From an uncultured Bacilli bacterium (GTDB taxonomy: Bacteria; Bacillota_I; Bacilli_A; RF39; UBA660), in the NCBI GenBank assembly GCA_947623705.1, contig CANQHT010000001.1:1-37394 (forward strand): 37,394 bases of DNA, given 5' to 3'. The number at the start of each line of letters is the position of its first letter. The stretch's first letter is position 1. Shown here one piece after another: positions 7,695 through 16,754 of this stretch. A model generated the notes under the pieces. It saw only the letters and a list, made by a program, of their open reading frames with translations. It made no database searches and had not been told where the DNA came from. A program made the translations under genes and the position numbers.

Positions 7695-8562
7695 TTTTGG
7701 CGAGGTTTCAGAAAATGTTTCTTTAGAAAATTATAATACTTATGGTATTAAGACTAGAACTAAATATTTAATTAAAGTAAAAGATATTCCTAGTTTAATA
7801 GATTTACTTAAATATTTAGATAGTAATAATTTAAAATATTATCTGTTAGGTAAAGGATCGAATGTTATTTTACCAGATGAGACTTTTGATGGAGTTATTA
7901 TTACTTTAGATAATTTAAATAAAGTAGCGATTAAAGATAATTTGGTGGAAGCAGAAAGTGGGGTAGTACTTGCAAAACTAGTAAGTGAAGTTGTAAATAA
8001 CAATTTAGGTGGTTTAGAAAGTTTAGCCACTATTCCGGGTACTTTAGGGGGTGCTTTAAAAGGTAATGCCGGATTTTTAAAAGATATTACAATTTATAAT
8101 TATGTCACCAGTGTAACCGTTATTAGAAATTATGAACTCGTAACTATTCCGAAAAGTGAAATTGGTCTTGCTCATAGATATACCACATTTAAAGAAAATA
8201 ATGATATAATAGTTAAAGCGAGTTTTGAACTGGAAGAAAAAGATAAAGAAGAAATGATAAAAGTTATTCAAGAAAATCGCGAAAAAAGAATCAATACCCA
8301 ACCAATGGAATATAAAAATGCGGGGAGTGTCTTTAAAAATCCAGAAGGCTTGTCTAGTGGTAAGTTAATTGATGAAGCTGGCCTTAAAGGACTTTGTGTT
8401 GGAGATGCCGAAGTATCCGAAAAACACGCTAATTTTATTGTTAATAAAGGAAATGCTACTAGTAAAGATATTAAGGAATTAATCAAAGAAATTCAAAAAA
8501 TAATTAAAGAAAAAGATAATATTGATTTAGAATTAGAACAAGTTATTGTTAATTGGGGTTAA
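7681..8562 (+). CDS. murB: UDP-N-acetylenolpyruvoylglucosamine reductase
   Basis: GKGSNVIL, NAGSVFKNP, HANFIVN. Overlaps the end of murG. Confidence 0.95.
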   Translation: MKLSDFGEVSENVSLENYNTYGIKTRTKYLIKVKDIPSLIDLLKYLDSNNLKYYLLGKGSNVILPDETFDGVIITLDNLNKVAIKDNLVEAESGVVLAKLVSEVVNNNLGGLESLATIPGTLGGALKGNAGFLKDITIYNYVTSVTVIRNYELVTIPKSEIGLAHRYTTFKENNDIIVKASFELEEKDKEEMIKVIQENREKRINTQPMEYKNAGSVFKNPEGLSSGKLIDEAGLKGLCVGDAEVSEKHANFIVNKGNATSKDIKELIKEIQKIIKEKDNIDLELEQVIVNWG

Positions 8563-8565
8563 ATT

Positions 8566-9321
8566 ATGGAAGAAAAAAAGACAAAAAAGAAAAGGAAAAT
8601 TAGATTTAAAGGTTTAATTTTATTACTATTAGTAGGTTATTTAATTATTTCTGCAGGTATTTATCTTTATAAGATGCCCATTAAAAGTATTAAAATTGAA
8701 GGTAATACTTATTTAAAAGATAATTATTTAACTAATTATTTAGATATTGATGGTAAGTCGATTTTTAAAGTTAGTAGTAAGAGTATAAAAAATAAATTAA
8801 AAAGTTTGGATTTAATTAGTGATGTTAAAGTTCATAAAAATATTTTAGGTAAATTAACGATTACAGTGGAAGAAGAAAAAGCTTTGTTTTATAACTATAA
8901 TAATAAGAAAATTGTTTTATCGAATGGTAAGGAAGTAGATTATCAAGAATCTTATTTAGGTATTCCGGTTTTAATTAATATAGTTCCTGATAAAGTATAC
9001 ACGGAATTTGTGAAAAAACTAAATGATGTCGATAAAGATGTCTTAAGTTTAGTTAGTGTTATTGAATATTCCCCTTATGTGGTAAGTGGAAAGACGGTGG
9101 ATGATAAAAGATTTTTACTACGGATGAATGATGGGAATAATGTTTATATTAATACGATTAATATAAAAAAATTTAATGATTATTTAAGTATGTTAGAGGG
9201 TTATCTAAATAATAAAGGTAATGTTAAAGGTTGTCTTTATTTAGATAGTAATTTGGAAACTAGTGTTTTTGAAGAATGTGAAATGCCTGATGTAACTGAA
9301 GGTGATAACGATGCCGAATGA
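8566..9321 (+). CDS. divIB: cell division protein DivIB/FtsQ
   Basis: Basic N-terminus, one TM helix and a POTRA-like IKSIKIEGNTYL segment. Sits in the conserved position after murB. Confidence 0.8.
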   Translation: MEEKKTKKKRKIRFKGLILLLLVGYLIISAGIYLYKMPIKSIKIEGNTYLKDNYLTNYLDIDGKSIFKVSSKSIKNKLKSLDLISDVKVHKNILGKLTITVEEEKALFYNYNNKKIVLSNGKEVDYQESYLGIPVLINIVPDKVYTEFVKKLNDVDKDVLSLVSVIEYSPYVVSGKTVDDKRFLLRMNDGNNVYINTINIKKFNDYLSMLEGYLNNKGNVKGCLYLDSNLETSVFEECEMPDVTEGDNDAE

Positions 9322-9934
9322 GAAAATAAATTATGATAAAGTTTTAGAGGAATTAATTAAAAATTTAGATGGTAAACCAACCTTACTTTTACATAGTTGT
9401 TGTGGACCTTGTTCGAGTTATGTTATTACTTATTTAAAAGATTATTTTAAGATAACGGTATTATATTATAATCCGAATATTGAACCAGAAGATGAGTATT
9501 TAAAAAGAAAAGGAGAACAAATTAAATTAATTCAAGAATTAAATGATAATGATGTTACTCTTTTAGATATTGATTATGATAATAAAAGTTACCGGGATAA
9601 AGTTAAGGGTAGAGAAGAAGACAAGGAAGGTGGACTAAGGTGTCACTTATGTTATGAATTAAGACTTAATAAGACTGCCCAAGTAGCGAAAGAAAAAGGC
9701 TTTGATTATTTTGGAACAACTTTAACCGTAAGTCCTTATAAAAATGCTCAAGTTTTAAATCAAATTGGTGAGAAGCTTGCAAATACTTATAATATAAAAT
9801 GGTTATATAGTGATTTTAAGAAAAAAGATGGTTATAAGAAAAGTATTGAATTATCTAAAAAATATGCTTTATATCGCCAAGATTATTGTGGGTGTGAATT
9901 TAGTAAAATACAAAGAAACGATTTGGAAAAATAA
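9311..9934 (+). CDS. queH: epoxyqueuosine reductase QueH
   Basis: LLLHSCCGPCSSYV, CHLCYELRL, RQDYCGCEFS (DUF208 cysteine pattern). The ATG at 9311 follows a GAAGGTGA RBS. Confidence 0.9.
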   Translation: MPNEKINYDKVLEELIKNLDGKPTLLLHSCCGPCSSYVITYLKDYFKITVLYYNPNIEPEDEYLKRKGEQIKLIQELNDNDVTLLDIDYDNKSYRDKVKGREEDKEGGLRCHLCYELRLNKTAQVAKEKGFDYFGTTLTVSPYKNAQVLNQIGEKLANTYNIKWLYSDFKKKDGYKKSIELSKKYALYRQDYCGCEFSKIQRNDLEK

Positions 9935-9976
9935 TCGTTTTTGTATGGTATAATATTTTTTAGGAAGGAAATAACT

Positions 9977-11464
9977 ATGCGGCAGTTAAAAATGGATGAT
10001 AATTTTCAAAATTTAGAATTTGAAGAATTAGAACATTGGCAAAGTGTCAATGATATACCCAAAGATGTTTTAAAATTTATTGATAATATTAGTAAAAGAA
10101 GAGCTCTTTATCTTTATAATGATCATAATTTTTATTGTCCTTTTTGTTTAAGTAAATTAAGAAATAATTTTCGGTGTCCCAAGTGTCATAAATCTTTCAA
10201 AAGATATAAAGATGAAAATGATATAATGACTGCAAGCACTATCGAATCTTTAAGAAATTGTTATTTTGAATATTATTATTATGTTTTTGAGGTGCAAAAT
10301 GAAGAAGTATTACTCTATATTTTAGAAGAAGATATATCTTATAATAATCCTTTAACACTAGATTTATATCGTACTACTAATATTTTAATTAAAGAAATAT
10401 TGCATCTAACTCAAAATGGTTATTATGAATTATTAAATAAAAATTATTATAGTTATAAAAGTATAGATTTAGAATTATTTAAAAAAGATGGTTCTTATAA
10501 TTTAGATACTTTATTTCTATTTGATAATAAATATGTTGATTATTGCAGTGCTTATTTATATGTCGATAATTTGAATGATTTAAAAGATACTATTTATCGT
10601 TATACCAAAATATGGCAAGCCAAAGATTATTTAAAGAAGAAAATGGTTAAATTATCCAGTTTAGTTTATGCACCTTTACATTTTAAAAGTTTTGAATATT
10701 TAATGCAAAATAAATTATATAATTTAGCCTTTAATGAAGGATACATTTTAAAAATGGATAGTAAAGATAAAATGTTACTTTCTAAAAATAATAAATATTT
10801 AAAAATGCTTATTAAATATAATTTGGGTTTTGATGAATATTTAGCTTTAAGAATGTGTCCCACTTTAGATTTAGATTTAATTATTTTTTTAAGTTTTAAT
10901 ATTGAAATTACCCAAAAAATTCAAGATATAGCTAACATTAATTTTGTTAAATTAAAAAAATATTTTGCTGAACATAAATATAGTGAGGGAATGCTAGTAG
11001 AATATTATGATTATTTAAAGTTAGCTCAAGATTTAGGATTTGATTTAAAAGATAAAAAAGTATTATATCCTGAAAATTTAATCCAAGAACATGATAAATT
11101 ATATTTAGATAATTTAGTTATTGAAGATAAAAATATTAATAAAAAAATAAAAAAAGTGGCCGCTAGTTTAATGGATAATTATTATGAAGATGAAAATTAT
11201 GTTATTAAACCCATACTGGATTTAGAAGGTTTAATAGATGAAGGAGTAAAGCAACATAATTGTGTAAGAACTTATGCTAAAGATTATGCTAATGGTTTAA
11301 CCCATTTATATGTGATGCGGAAGAAAAGTAATTTAAATGATTCCTTTGTAACTATTGAAGAATATCATAATAAAATAATACAAGCAAGGTGTAAATATAA
11401 TGAAGCACCTGATACAAATACTATAAAAATTATTCAAAATTGGGTTAAAACGATTAAGAGATAA
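9977..11464 (+). CDS. PcfJ-like protein with N-terminal zinc ribbon
   Basis: CPFCLSKL...CPKCHK, and C-terminal ...EGVKQHNCVRTYAKDYANGLTHLYVMR, which resembles the PcfJ domain. The ATG at 9977 follows an AGGAAGGA RBS. Confidence 0.6.
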   Translation: MRQLKMDDNFQNLEFEELEHWQSVNDIPKDVLKFIDNISKRRALYLYNDHNFYCPFCLSKLRNNFRCPKCHKSFKRYKDENDIMTASTIESLRNCYFEYYYYVFEVQNEEVLLYILEEDISYNNPLTLDLYRTTNILIKEILHLTQNGYYELLNKNYYSYKSIDLELFKKDGSYNLDTLFLFDNKYVDYCSAYLYVDNLNDLKDTIYRYTKIWQAKDYLKKKMVKLSSLVYAPLHFKSFEYLMQNKLYNLAFNEGYILKMDSKDKMLLSKNNKYLKMLIKYNLGFDEYLALRMCPTLDLDLIIFLSFNIEITQKIQDIANINFVKLKKYFAEHKYSEGMLVEYYDYLKLAQDLGFDLKDKKVLYPENLIQEHDKLYLDNLVIEDKNINKKIKKVAASLMDNYYEDENYVIKPILDLEGLIDEGVKQHNCVRTYAKDYANGLTHLYVMRKKSNLNDSFVTIEEYHNKIIQARCKYNEAPDTNTIKIIQNWVKTIKR

Positions 11465-11503
11465 ATTAGTAAATTTAAACATATTATTTAAGTGGTGAAT
11501 AAT

Positions 11504-12760
11504 ATGTTTTTTAATGATATTCATATAAGAATAAGATTTGTTTTATTAGTTATTATTATTGTTTTAATTTTAGTTATTGGGAAAGTATTTTATATTCAAG
11601 TAATTTCTTATAATAAACTATCACAAATTACCGAAGATTTATGGAGTAGAAAGATGACTATTAATGCCCCAAGGGGAGATATAGTTGATCGTAATGGGAA
11701 TATTTTAGCCACCAGTATTGTAACAACCACTATTTATGTTGTTCCTAATCAAATTCAAGATAAAGAAAAAGTTTCCAAAGATATTGCCGAGATTTTAAAT
11801 TGTGATTATGATGATGTGTATAAATATGTATCCAAACATAGTAGTATGGAAATTATTCGAAAAGGAATGGATTTAGATAGTGAAACGGCCGATAAAATAG
11901 ATGCTTTAGGTTATGATGGGGTCTATCTTGTTTTAGATTCTAAAAGATATTATCCTTATGGGGAAACTTTAGCCCATATTATTGGTTTTGTTGGGAGTGA
12001 TAATCAAGGTTTATCCGGACTAGAACTTACTTATGATAAATATTTAACGGGTACAAATGGCGAATTAAAATATTATAGTGATGGAAAGGGTAATAAATTA
12101 GAAATACCAGATAGTTATGTCGCCCCGACTAAGGGCATGACTTTAGAATTAACTTTAGATATTGAACTTATTAAAGCCGTTGATAATGAAATTGATAATG
12201 CCATGAGTAAGTATGATTCTGAGTCTGCTTTAGCTATTGTCATGCGACCTAAAACCGGCGAAATTTTAGCAATGGGTAGTAAACCATCATTTGATCCCGC
12301 CAATTATCAAAAGTATAGTGAAGAAATAATTAACAGGAACTTACCAATTTGGAAAACTTATGAACCCGGTTCAACATTTAAAATTATTACTCTTGCTAGT
12401 ACCGTCGAAGAAGGAACAGTTGATTTAATGAAAGATACTTTTACGGATGGTGGAGCCATAACTGTTGATGGCGCAACTTTGCATTGTTGGAAACATGGGG
12501 GTCATGGTACGCAAACATATTTGGAAGTAGTAGAGAATTCTTGCAACCCAGGCTTTGTTTCTTTAGGGCAAAAATTAGGGGTCGAAAAGTTAATGAGTTA
12601 TATTAGAGGTTTTGGCTTTGGGAGTAAAACGGGAATTGACTTAAATGGGGAAGGTAATGGAATTTTATTTCAAAATAGTAAAATGGGGCCAGTTGAACTT
12701 GCCACCACTGCTTTTGGGCAAGGAATAAGTGTAACGCCAATTCAACTTACTGTCTTATAA
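11504..12760 (+). CDS. class B penicillin-binding protein (SpoVD/FtsI-like), N-terminal fragment truncated by an insertion
   Basis: TM anchor, PBP dimerisation region, STFK (12371-12382) and SCN (12539-12547). Homology stops at ...TPIQLT and is followed by VL*. Confidence 0.9.
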   Translation: MFFNDIHIRIRFVLLVIIIVLILVIGKVFYIQVISYNKLSQITEDLWSRKMTINAPRGDIVDRNGNILATSIVTTTIYVVPNQIQDKEKVSKDIAEILNCDYDDVYKYVSKHSSMEIIRKGMDLDSETADKIDALGYDGVYLVLDSKRYYPYGETLAHIIGFVGSDNQGLSGLELTYDKYLTGTNGELKYYSDGKGNKLEIPDSYVAPTKGMTLELTLDIELIKAVDNEIDNAMSKYDSESALAIVMRPKTGEILAMGSKPSFDPANYQKYSEEIINRNLPIWKTYEPGSTFKIITLASTVEEGTVDLMKDTFTDGGAITVDGATLHCWKHGGHGTQTYLEVVENSCNPGFVSLGQKLGVEKLMSYIRGFGFGSKTGIDLNGEGNGILFQNSKMGPVELATTAFGQGISVTPIQLTVL

Positions 12761-12787
12761 ATGATACTTTAATTCTTCTTTTTCTTT

Positions 12788-12796
12788 TGGTATACT
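12788..12796 (+). promoter_or_regulatory. extended -10 promoter element just inside the left end of the element
   Basis: TGgTATACT, 35 nt upstream of the LysR gene start. Confidence 0.4.
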
Positions 12797-12830
12797 ATAT
12801 TTAGTTATTTACTTTGAAGGGAGTGGCTCT

Positions 12831-13712
12831 ATGAATAATTTTAACTTAAATTTATTTAAATATTTTTATTATGTCGTTTATTATAATGGCTTTACTAATG
12901 CTTCAAAAAATTTAAATATTGCTCAATCATCATTAAGTTATAATATAAAGCAATTAGAATTACAATTGGATAAAACATTAATTATTAGAGATAATAAAAA
13001 TTTTGAATTAACGGAAGATGGAAATAATTTATATGAAAATTTAAAATCAGCTTTTAGTATTTTGAATCAAAATTTGGAACAATTCGATAATCAAAATACT
13101 ATGGAATTAACTATTGGTACTAGACATTATCTATCAGATTTCATTTTTAAAGATTCAATCGTGGAATTTATTAATACCTATCCTAATATTCATATCAATA
13201 TAAAATTATATTCTAAATTAGATGTTAAAAAATATGAAGATGAGTATGACATTTTAATTGATTATGAAGACTATACTAATTTAATTAATACTAATAATAA
13301 AGATTTATTATGTACTTTAAATAATACTTTTGTTTCCGGTAAAGAACTATCAAAAAATTATGAATCAGTTAAGTCTATTAAAGAACTTGGAAATACAAGA
13401 TTAATATCAATGTGTCCAAATAAAAGAAATGGTAAATTTCAAAAAATGTGCTTTGAAAATGGTATCTTATTTGAAAATATTATTTCAGTTAATGATAGTA
13501 TAATATCTAAAAAGTTAGTAAAGAATAATTTGGGATTATGTTTTGTTAATAGAGAGTATTTTAAAGAAGAAATAGCTAATGGCGAAGTAAAAGAAATTAA
13601 AGTAAAAGAGCAACTTTTTAATGATAAAGTATATATTGTCTATAAAAATAGTAATAATAATATAAATAAATTTATTAAGATATTAAAAAAGCAATATGAG
13701 GAGGAATTATGA
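12831..13712 (+). CDS. LysR family transcriptional regulator
   Basis: The N-terminal HTH FTNASKNLNIAQSSLSYNIKQLE and a ~290-aa length are typical of LTTRs. Confidence 0.9.
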   Translation: MNNFNLNLFKYFYYVVYYNGFTNASKNLNIAQSSLSYNIKQLELQLDKTLIIRDNKNFELTEDGNNLYENLKSAFSILNQNLEQFDNQNTMELTIGTRHYLSDFIFKDSIVEFINTYPNIHINIKLYSKLDVKKYEDEYDILIDYEDYTNLINTNNKDLLCTLNNTFVSGKELSKNYESVKSIKELGNTRLISMCPNKRNGKFQKMCFENGILFENIISVNDSIISKKLVKNNLGLCFVNREYFKEEIANGEVKEIKVKEQLFNDKVYIVYKNSNNNINKFIKILKKQYEEEL

Positions 13713-14227
13713 TGAGTAAGTGGGATTTATATGATGCTAAATTTAATAACACTGGAATTGTTATAAATGATACTGATGAAATACCTGATGGTAAGTATCA
13801 TTATTCTATAAATGCTTGGATATTAAATTCTAAAAAGCAATTATTATTAATAAGAAATACTTTAAATTATAATATTCATTATCCTGGTTTTTGGAGTAGT
13901 ATAAATGGCAATGTTTTAAGTGGAGAAAATTCAAATGCGACATGTATTAAAGCTATTAATAATAAGATAGGAATAAAAATCTTAGATTCGGAAATGCAAA
14001 CTATAGATAAAAAATTACGAGATCCTTATCATTATATTTATGAAACCTTTATTGTAAATAAAGATATTGATTTAAATACAATATGTTTTAGAGATAATAC
14101 TGCTGTTCAAGCTAAATGGGTAGATTTAAAAGAATTATATAATATGATTGAAAATGGGGAAATTGCTTGGGTTTTAATTCCAAGAATAGAAGAATATGTA
14201 ATACCATTAATGAAAGAGACTAATTGA
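13709..14227 (+). CDS. NUDIX-fold protein with a degenerate Nudix box
   Basis: GNVLSGENSNATCIKAINNKIGI keeps the Gx5E...GI scaffold. RE is replaced by KA and EE by NK. Its start overlaps the LysR stop (ATGATGA). Confidence 0.6.
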   Translation: MMSKWDLYDAKFNNTGIVINDTDEIPDGKYHYSINAWILNSKKQLLLIRNTLNYNIHYPGFWSSINGNVLSGENSNATCIKAINNKIGIKILDSEMQTIDKKLRDPYHYIYETFIVNKDIDLNTICFRDNTAVQAKWVDLKELYNMIENGEIAWVLIPRIEEYVIPLMKETN

Positions 14228-14245
14228 TTAGATTAGTCTTTTATT
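14217..14245 (+). terminator. intrinsic terminator after the LysR/NUDIX-like pair
   Basis: AGACTAAT-tgattag-ATTAGTCT, then TTTATT. Confidence 0.55.
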
Positions 14246-14252
14246 ATTAGAT

Positions 14253-14306
14253 TTTTCTATGTTTTCTATCGAAAATTTGAATGATTAAATTACACTTTAC
14301 TATTAT
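14253..14306 (+). promoter_or_regulatory. candidate operator plus promoter of the 13-gene operon
   Basis: Tandem TTTTCTAT (14253-14260, 14262-14269) followed by CGAAAA gives a TTTTC-N13-GAAAA dyad. Then TTGAAT (14277-14282), 18 nt, TATTAT (14301-14306). Confidence 0.35.
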
Positions 14307-14334
14307 ATAATATTCATTAGTTAGGGGGGATAGA

Positions 14335-15855
14335 ATGCAAAATATGCCGGATTCATTAAAAAGAATAATTGAAAAAAATCCAAACTTGGAACATCATGTT
14401 AGAGGATTACCAAGTTTAGGAGAAAATTTAATTAGTGGAGCATTTTCGAAAGAAGTAAGTAAGATATATGATGCCTTTGGATTATATGGCAATGAATTAT
14501 ATGCTCTTGAAAATGCCAGAATTAAAAATATTTCCTCACGATCACTTGGTGGGGGTAGTCCTATGCGGACTATAGCATTTCCTTTATGTAAGGAAGCATT
14601 AATTAATATCATCAGTAGTGATGACCTTTCAGATTATCCTTTGGCTGCTGGTGAGGAAGAAGCTAGAAAAATAATTGTAGAATATCTAAAGCAAGAAGGA
14701 TTTAAAAATAATACGGATATATCGGAAGACAATATTATCTTTACTGTATCAACAACCCATGCTTTTAATATTATTTCAAGTATTATTGCTAGACCTCATG
14801 ATGTAATATTAATGACAGGTCCCAATTATGGTTTATTCACTTTTGTTCCTGAACGGATTTCGGGAGCAACTGTTGAAATATTACCTTTGTCTAAAGAAGA
14901 TAATTGGTATGTTAATCCTCAAAAATTATCGCAAAGAATTGATGAAATTAATGCTAGTTTAAAAACTAAATATGGTGAATCTTTGGAATACACGCCTAAA
15001 GTTGTGGCCTTTTTAAATGAAAATCCCCATAATCCTTTAGGAAAAGTAATGAATGAGAATAATAAAGAAATACTTGAAGGTATTGGTAATGTATGCTTAT
15101 CAAAAGGAGTCTTTGTTATCGATGATTTAATATATCGAGATTTAACTTATGATAGAGATAATTTAGCCAAACCGATGGCCTCTTATGAAAAATTTTTTGA
15201 TAATACAATAACATTAACTGGTTTATCAAAATCCTATGGTTTAGCATCAATTAGATCTGGTATGGTAGTAGCAAATGAAATAATAATTAGAGCCATTCGA
15301 AATAAGATTTTTCAAACAATGGATTCTTCACCAGTACTCCAAGGTAGAGCTTTAGCCGGGGCCTTTAATGCCTCAGAAAGAAGAAAAAGAGAATATGATA
15401 ACTACTTTAATCCTATTATTGAAGAATATAAATATCGTTTAGAATTATTAAAAGCTTTAATTAATGGATTAGATTTTATTGAGGATATTAATCTAAGAAA
15501 AACAATTGAAATTGATATAAGAAATTATGCTTTGGGTTATGACATAAAACAAATATTAGATGGAATACCAAATGTTGATTTTGTAGATGGTACATTACCA
15601 GATTCGGGATTTTTTGAAATGTTAGATTTTACCCAATTGAAAAATAAAGTAGCGGAAAATGGTCGTATAATCAGTAATGAAAAAGAATTACTTAAATATA
15701 TGTATGAACAAGAGAAAATTAAACTTATTTTAGGCCAATCAATATCATGGCCAAACGAAGAACAACTTATTGGAAGAGTTACAACAGCTTTGGAAAGAGA
15801 AGATTTAGTTGAACATTTTAGTGCCATGAATAGATGTTTAAGAAAGTTAAGGTAA
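14335..15855 (+). CDS. PLP-dependent aminotransferase, class I/II
   Basis: NPHNPLGKV, and LSKSYGLASIRSG (PLP lysine motif SKxxxxxGxRxG). Confidence 0.9.
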   Translation: MQNMPDSLKRIIEKNPNLEHHVRGLPSLGENLISGAFSKEVSKIYDAFGLYGNELYALENARIKNISSRSLGGGSPMRTIAFPLCKEALINIISSDDLSDYPLAAGEEEARKIIVEYLKQEGFKNNTDISEDNIIFTVSTTHAFNIISSIIARPHDVILMTGPNYGLFTFVPERISGATVEILPLSKEDNWYVNPQKLSQRIDEINASLKTKYGESLEYTPKVVAFLNENPHNPLGKVMNENNKEILEGIGNVCLSKGVFVIDDLIYRDLTYDRDNLAKPMASYEKFFDNTITLTGLSKSYGLASIRSGMVVANEIIIRAIRNKIFQTMDSSPVLQGRALAGAFNASERRKREYDNYFNPIIEEYKYRLELLKALINGLDFIEDINLRKTIEIDIRNYALGYDIKQILDGIPNVDFVDGTLPDSGFFEMLDFTQLKNKVAENGRIISNEKELLKYMYEQEKIKLILGQSISWPNEEQLIGRVTTALEREDLVEHFSAMNRCLRKLR

Positions 15856-16754
15856 TGATGAAAAAAGTAGGAATTGTCTCTTGTGATAAGTGGCTAAATA
15901 AATTAGAAGAAGATATTAATTTAAAAAAAGCCTTAAATAGTCTTGGAATAGATGCGAAGATTATATCTTGGCAACAACCATTAGATGAAAAATATGATTT
16001 ATTAGTTTTAAAATCAGTATGGGGATATCAGAATTATTATAAAGAATTCAAAGAATGGCTTTTATGTGTTAAGAATAATAATATTCCCTTAGTTAATGAT
16101 GTGGATATGGTTTTAAATAATATTATGAAGGATAAACAATTTAATATTTTAAAAAAAAATAATATTGATTTTATAGATACTTTGTTTATGCAACAATCTG
16201 AATTATTAAGGGAAAACATAGAGGATATATTAGATGATAAATTATATGTTTTTAAACCAACAATATCTGGTAGTGGGGAAAATACTTATCTAGTAACAAA
16301 TTCTAATACTAAATCTATCCCAAATACAATTCAAAAAGAAGATATAATTAAAGTATATAATAAAGTATTAGAAGAAAATAGGGATTGTAAGATAATGATT
16401 CAACCATTTATTGAAGAAATAAATAATGGCGAATATTCGTGTATCTTTATCGAGGGAGAACTAACCCATACCATGTTAAGATTTCCCAATATATTTCATG
16501 AAAAAAGAAGGCCTTATTTAGTTAATAATGTTCCCGATAGGATTATAGAACTTGCGAAAAGTGTTGAAAGAATTCAAGATTTTAATAATTATTTATATAT
16601 GCGTGTTGATATGGTTTTAGTTAATGGTAAGGCTAAAATAATGGAAGTTGAATTAGCTGATCCAGATTTACTATTTAAGTATATTGAAAATGAGAGAGTT
16701 AGAGATCAAGGACTAAAATTACTATCAAAAAGTATAGTTAGGAGAATAAAATAA
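15855..16754 (+). CDS. ATP-grasp domain protein
   Basis: YVFKPTISGSGENTYLV, IMIQPFIEE...EYSCIFIEGE, MRVDMVL...IMEVELADP. The start overlaps the upstream stop (TAATG). Confidence 0.7.
   Translation: MMKKVGIVSCDKWLNKLEEDINLKKALNSLGIDAKIISWQQPLDEKYDLLVLKSVWGYQNYYKEFKEWLLCVKNNNIPLVNDVDMVLNNIMKDKQFNILKKNNIDFIDTLFMQQSELLRENIEDILDDKLYVFKPTISGSGENTYLVTNSNTKSIPNTIQKEDIIKVYNKVLEENRDCKIMIQPFIEEINNGEYSCIFIEGELTHTMLRFPNIFHEKRRPYLVNNVPDRIIELAKSVERIQDFNNYLYMRVDMVLVNGKAKIMEVELADPDLLFKYIENERVRDQGLKLLSKSIVRRIK

Noticed and set aside
11465-11503. A sigma-E-like mother-cell promoter (ATA-N16-CATATTAT) upstream of the split PBP gene, which would support a SpoVD identity.
   Set aside because: Such AT-rich matches arise by chance in this genome. 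It is not decisive without TSS data or conservation.
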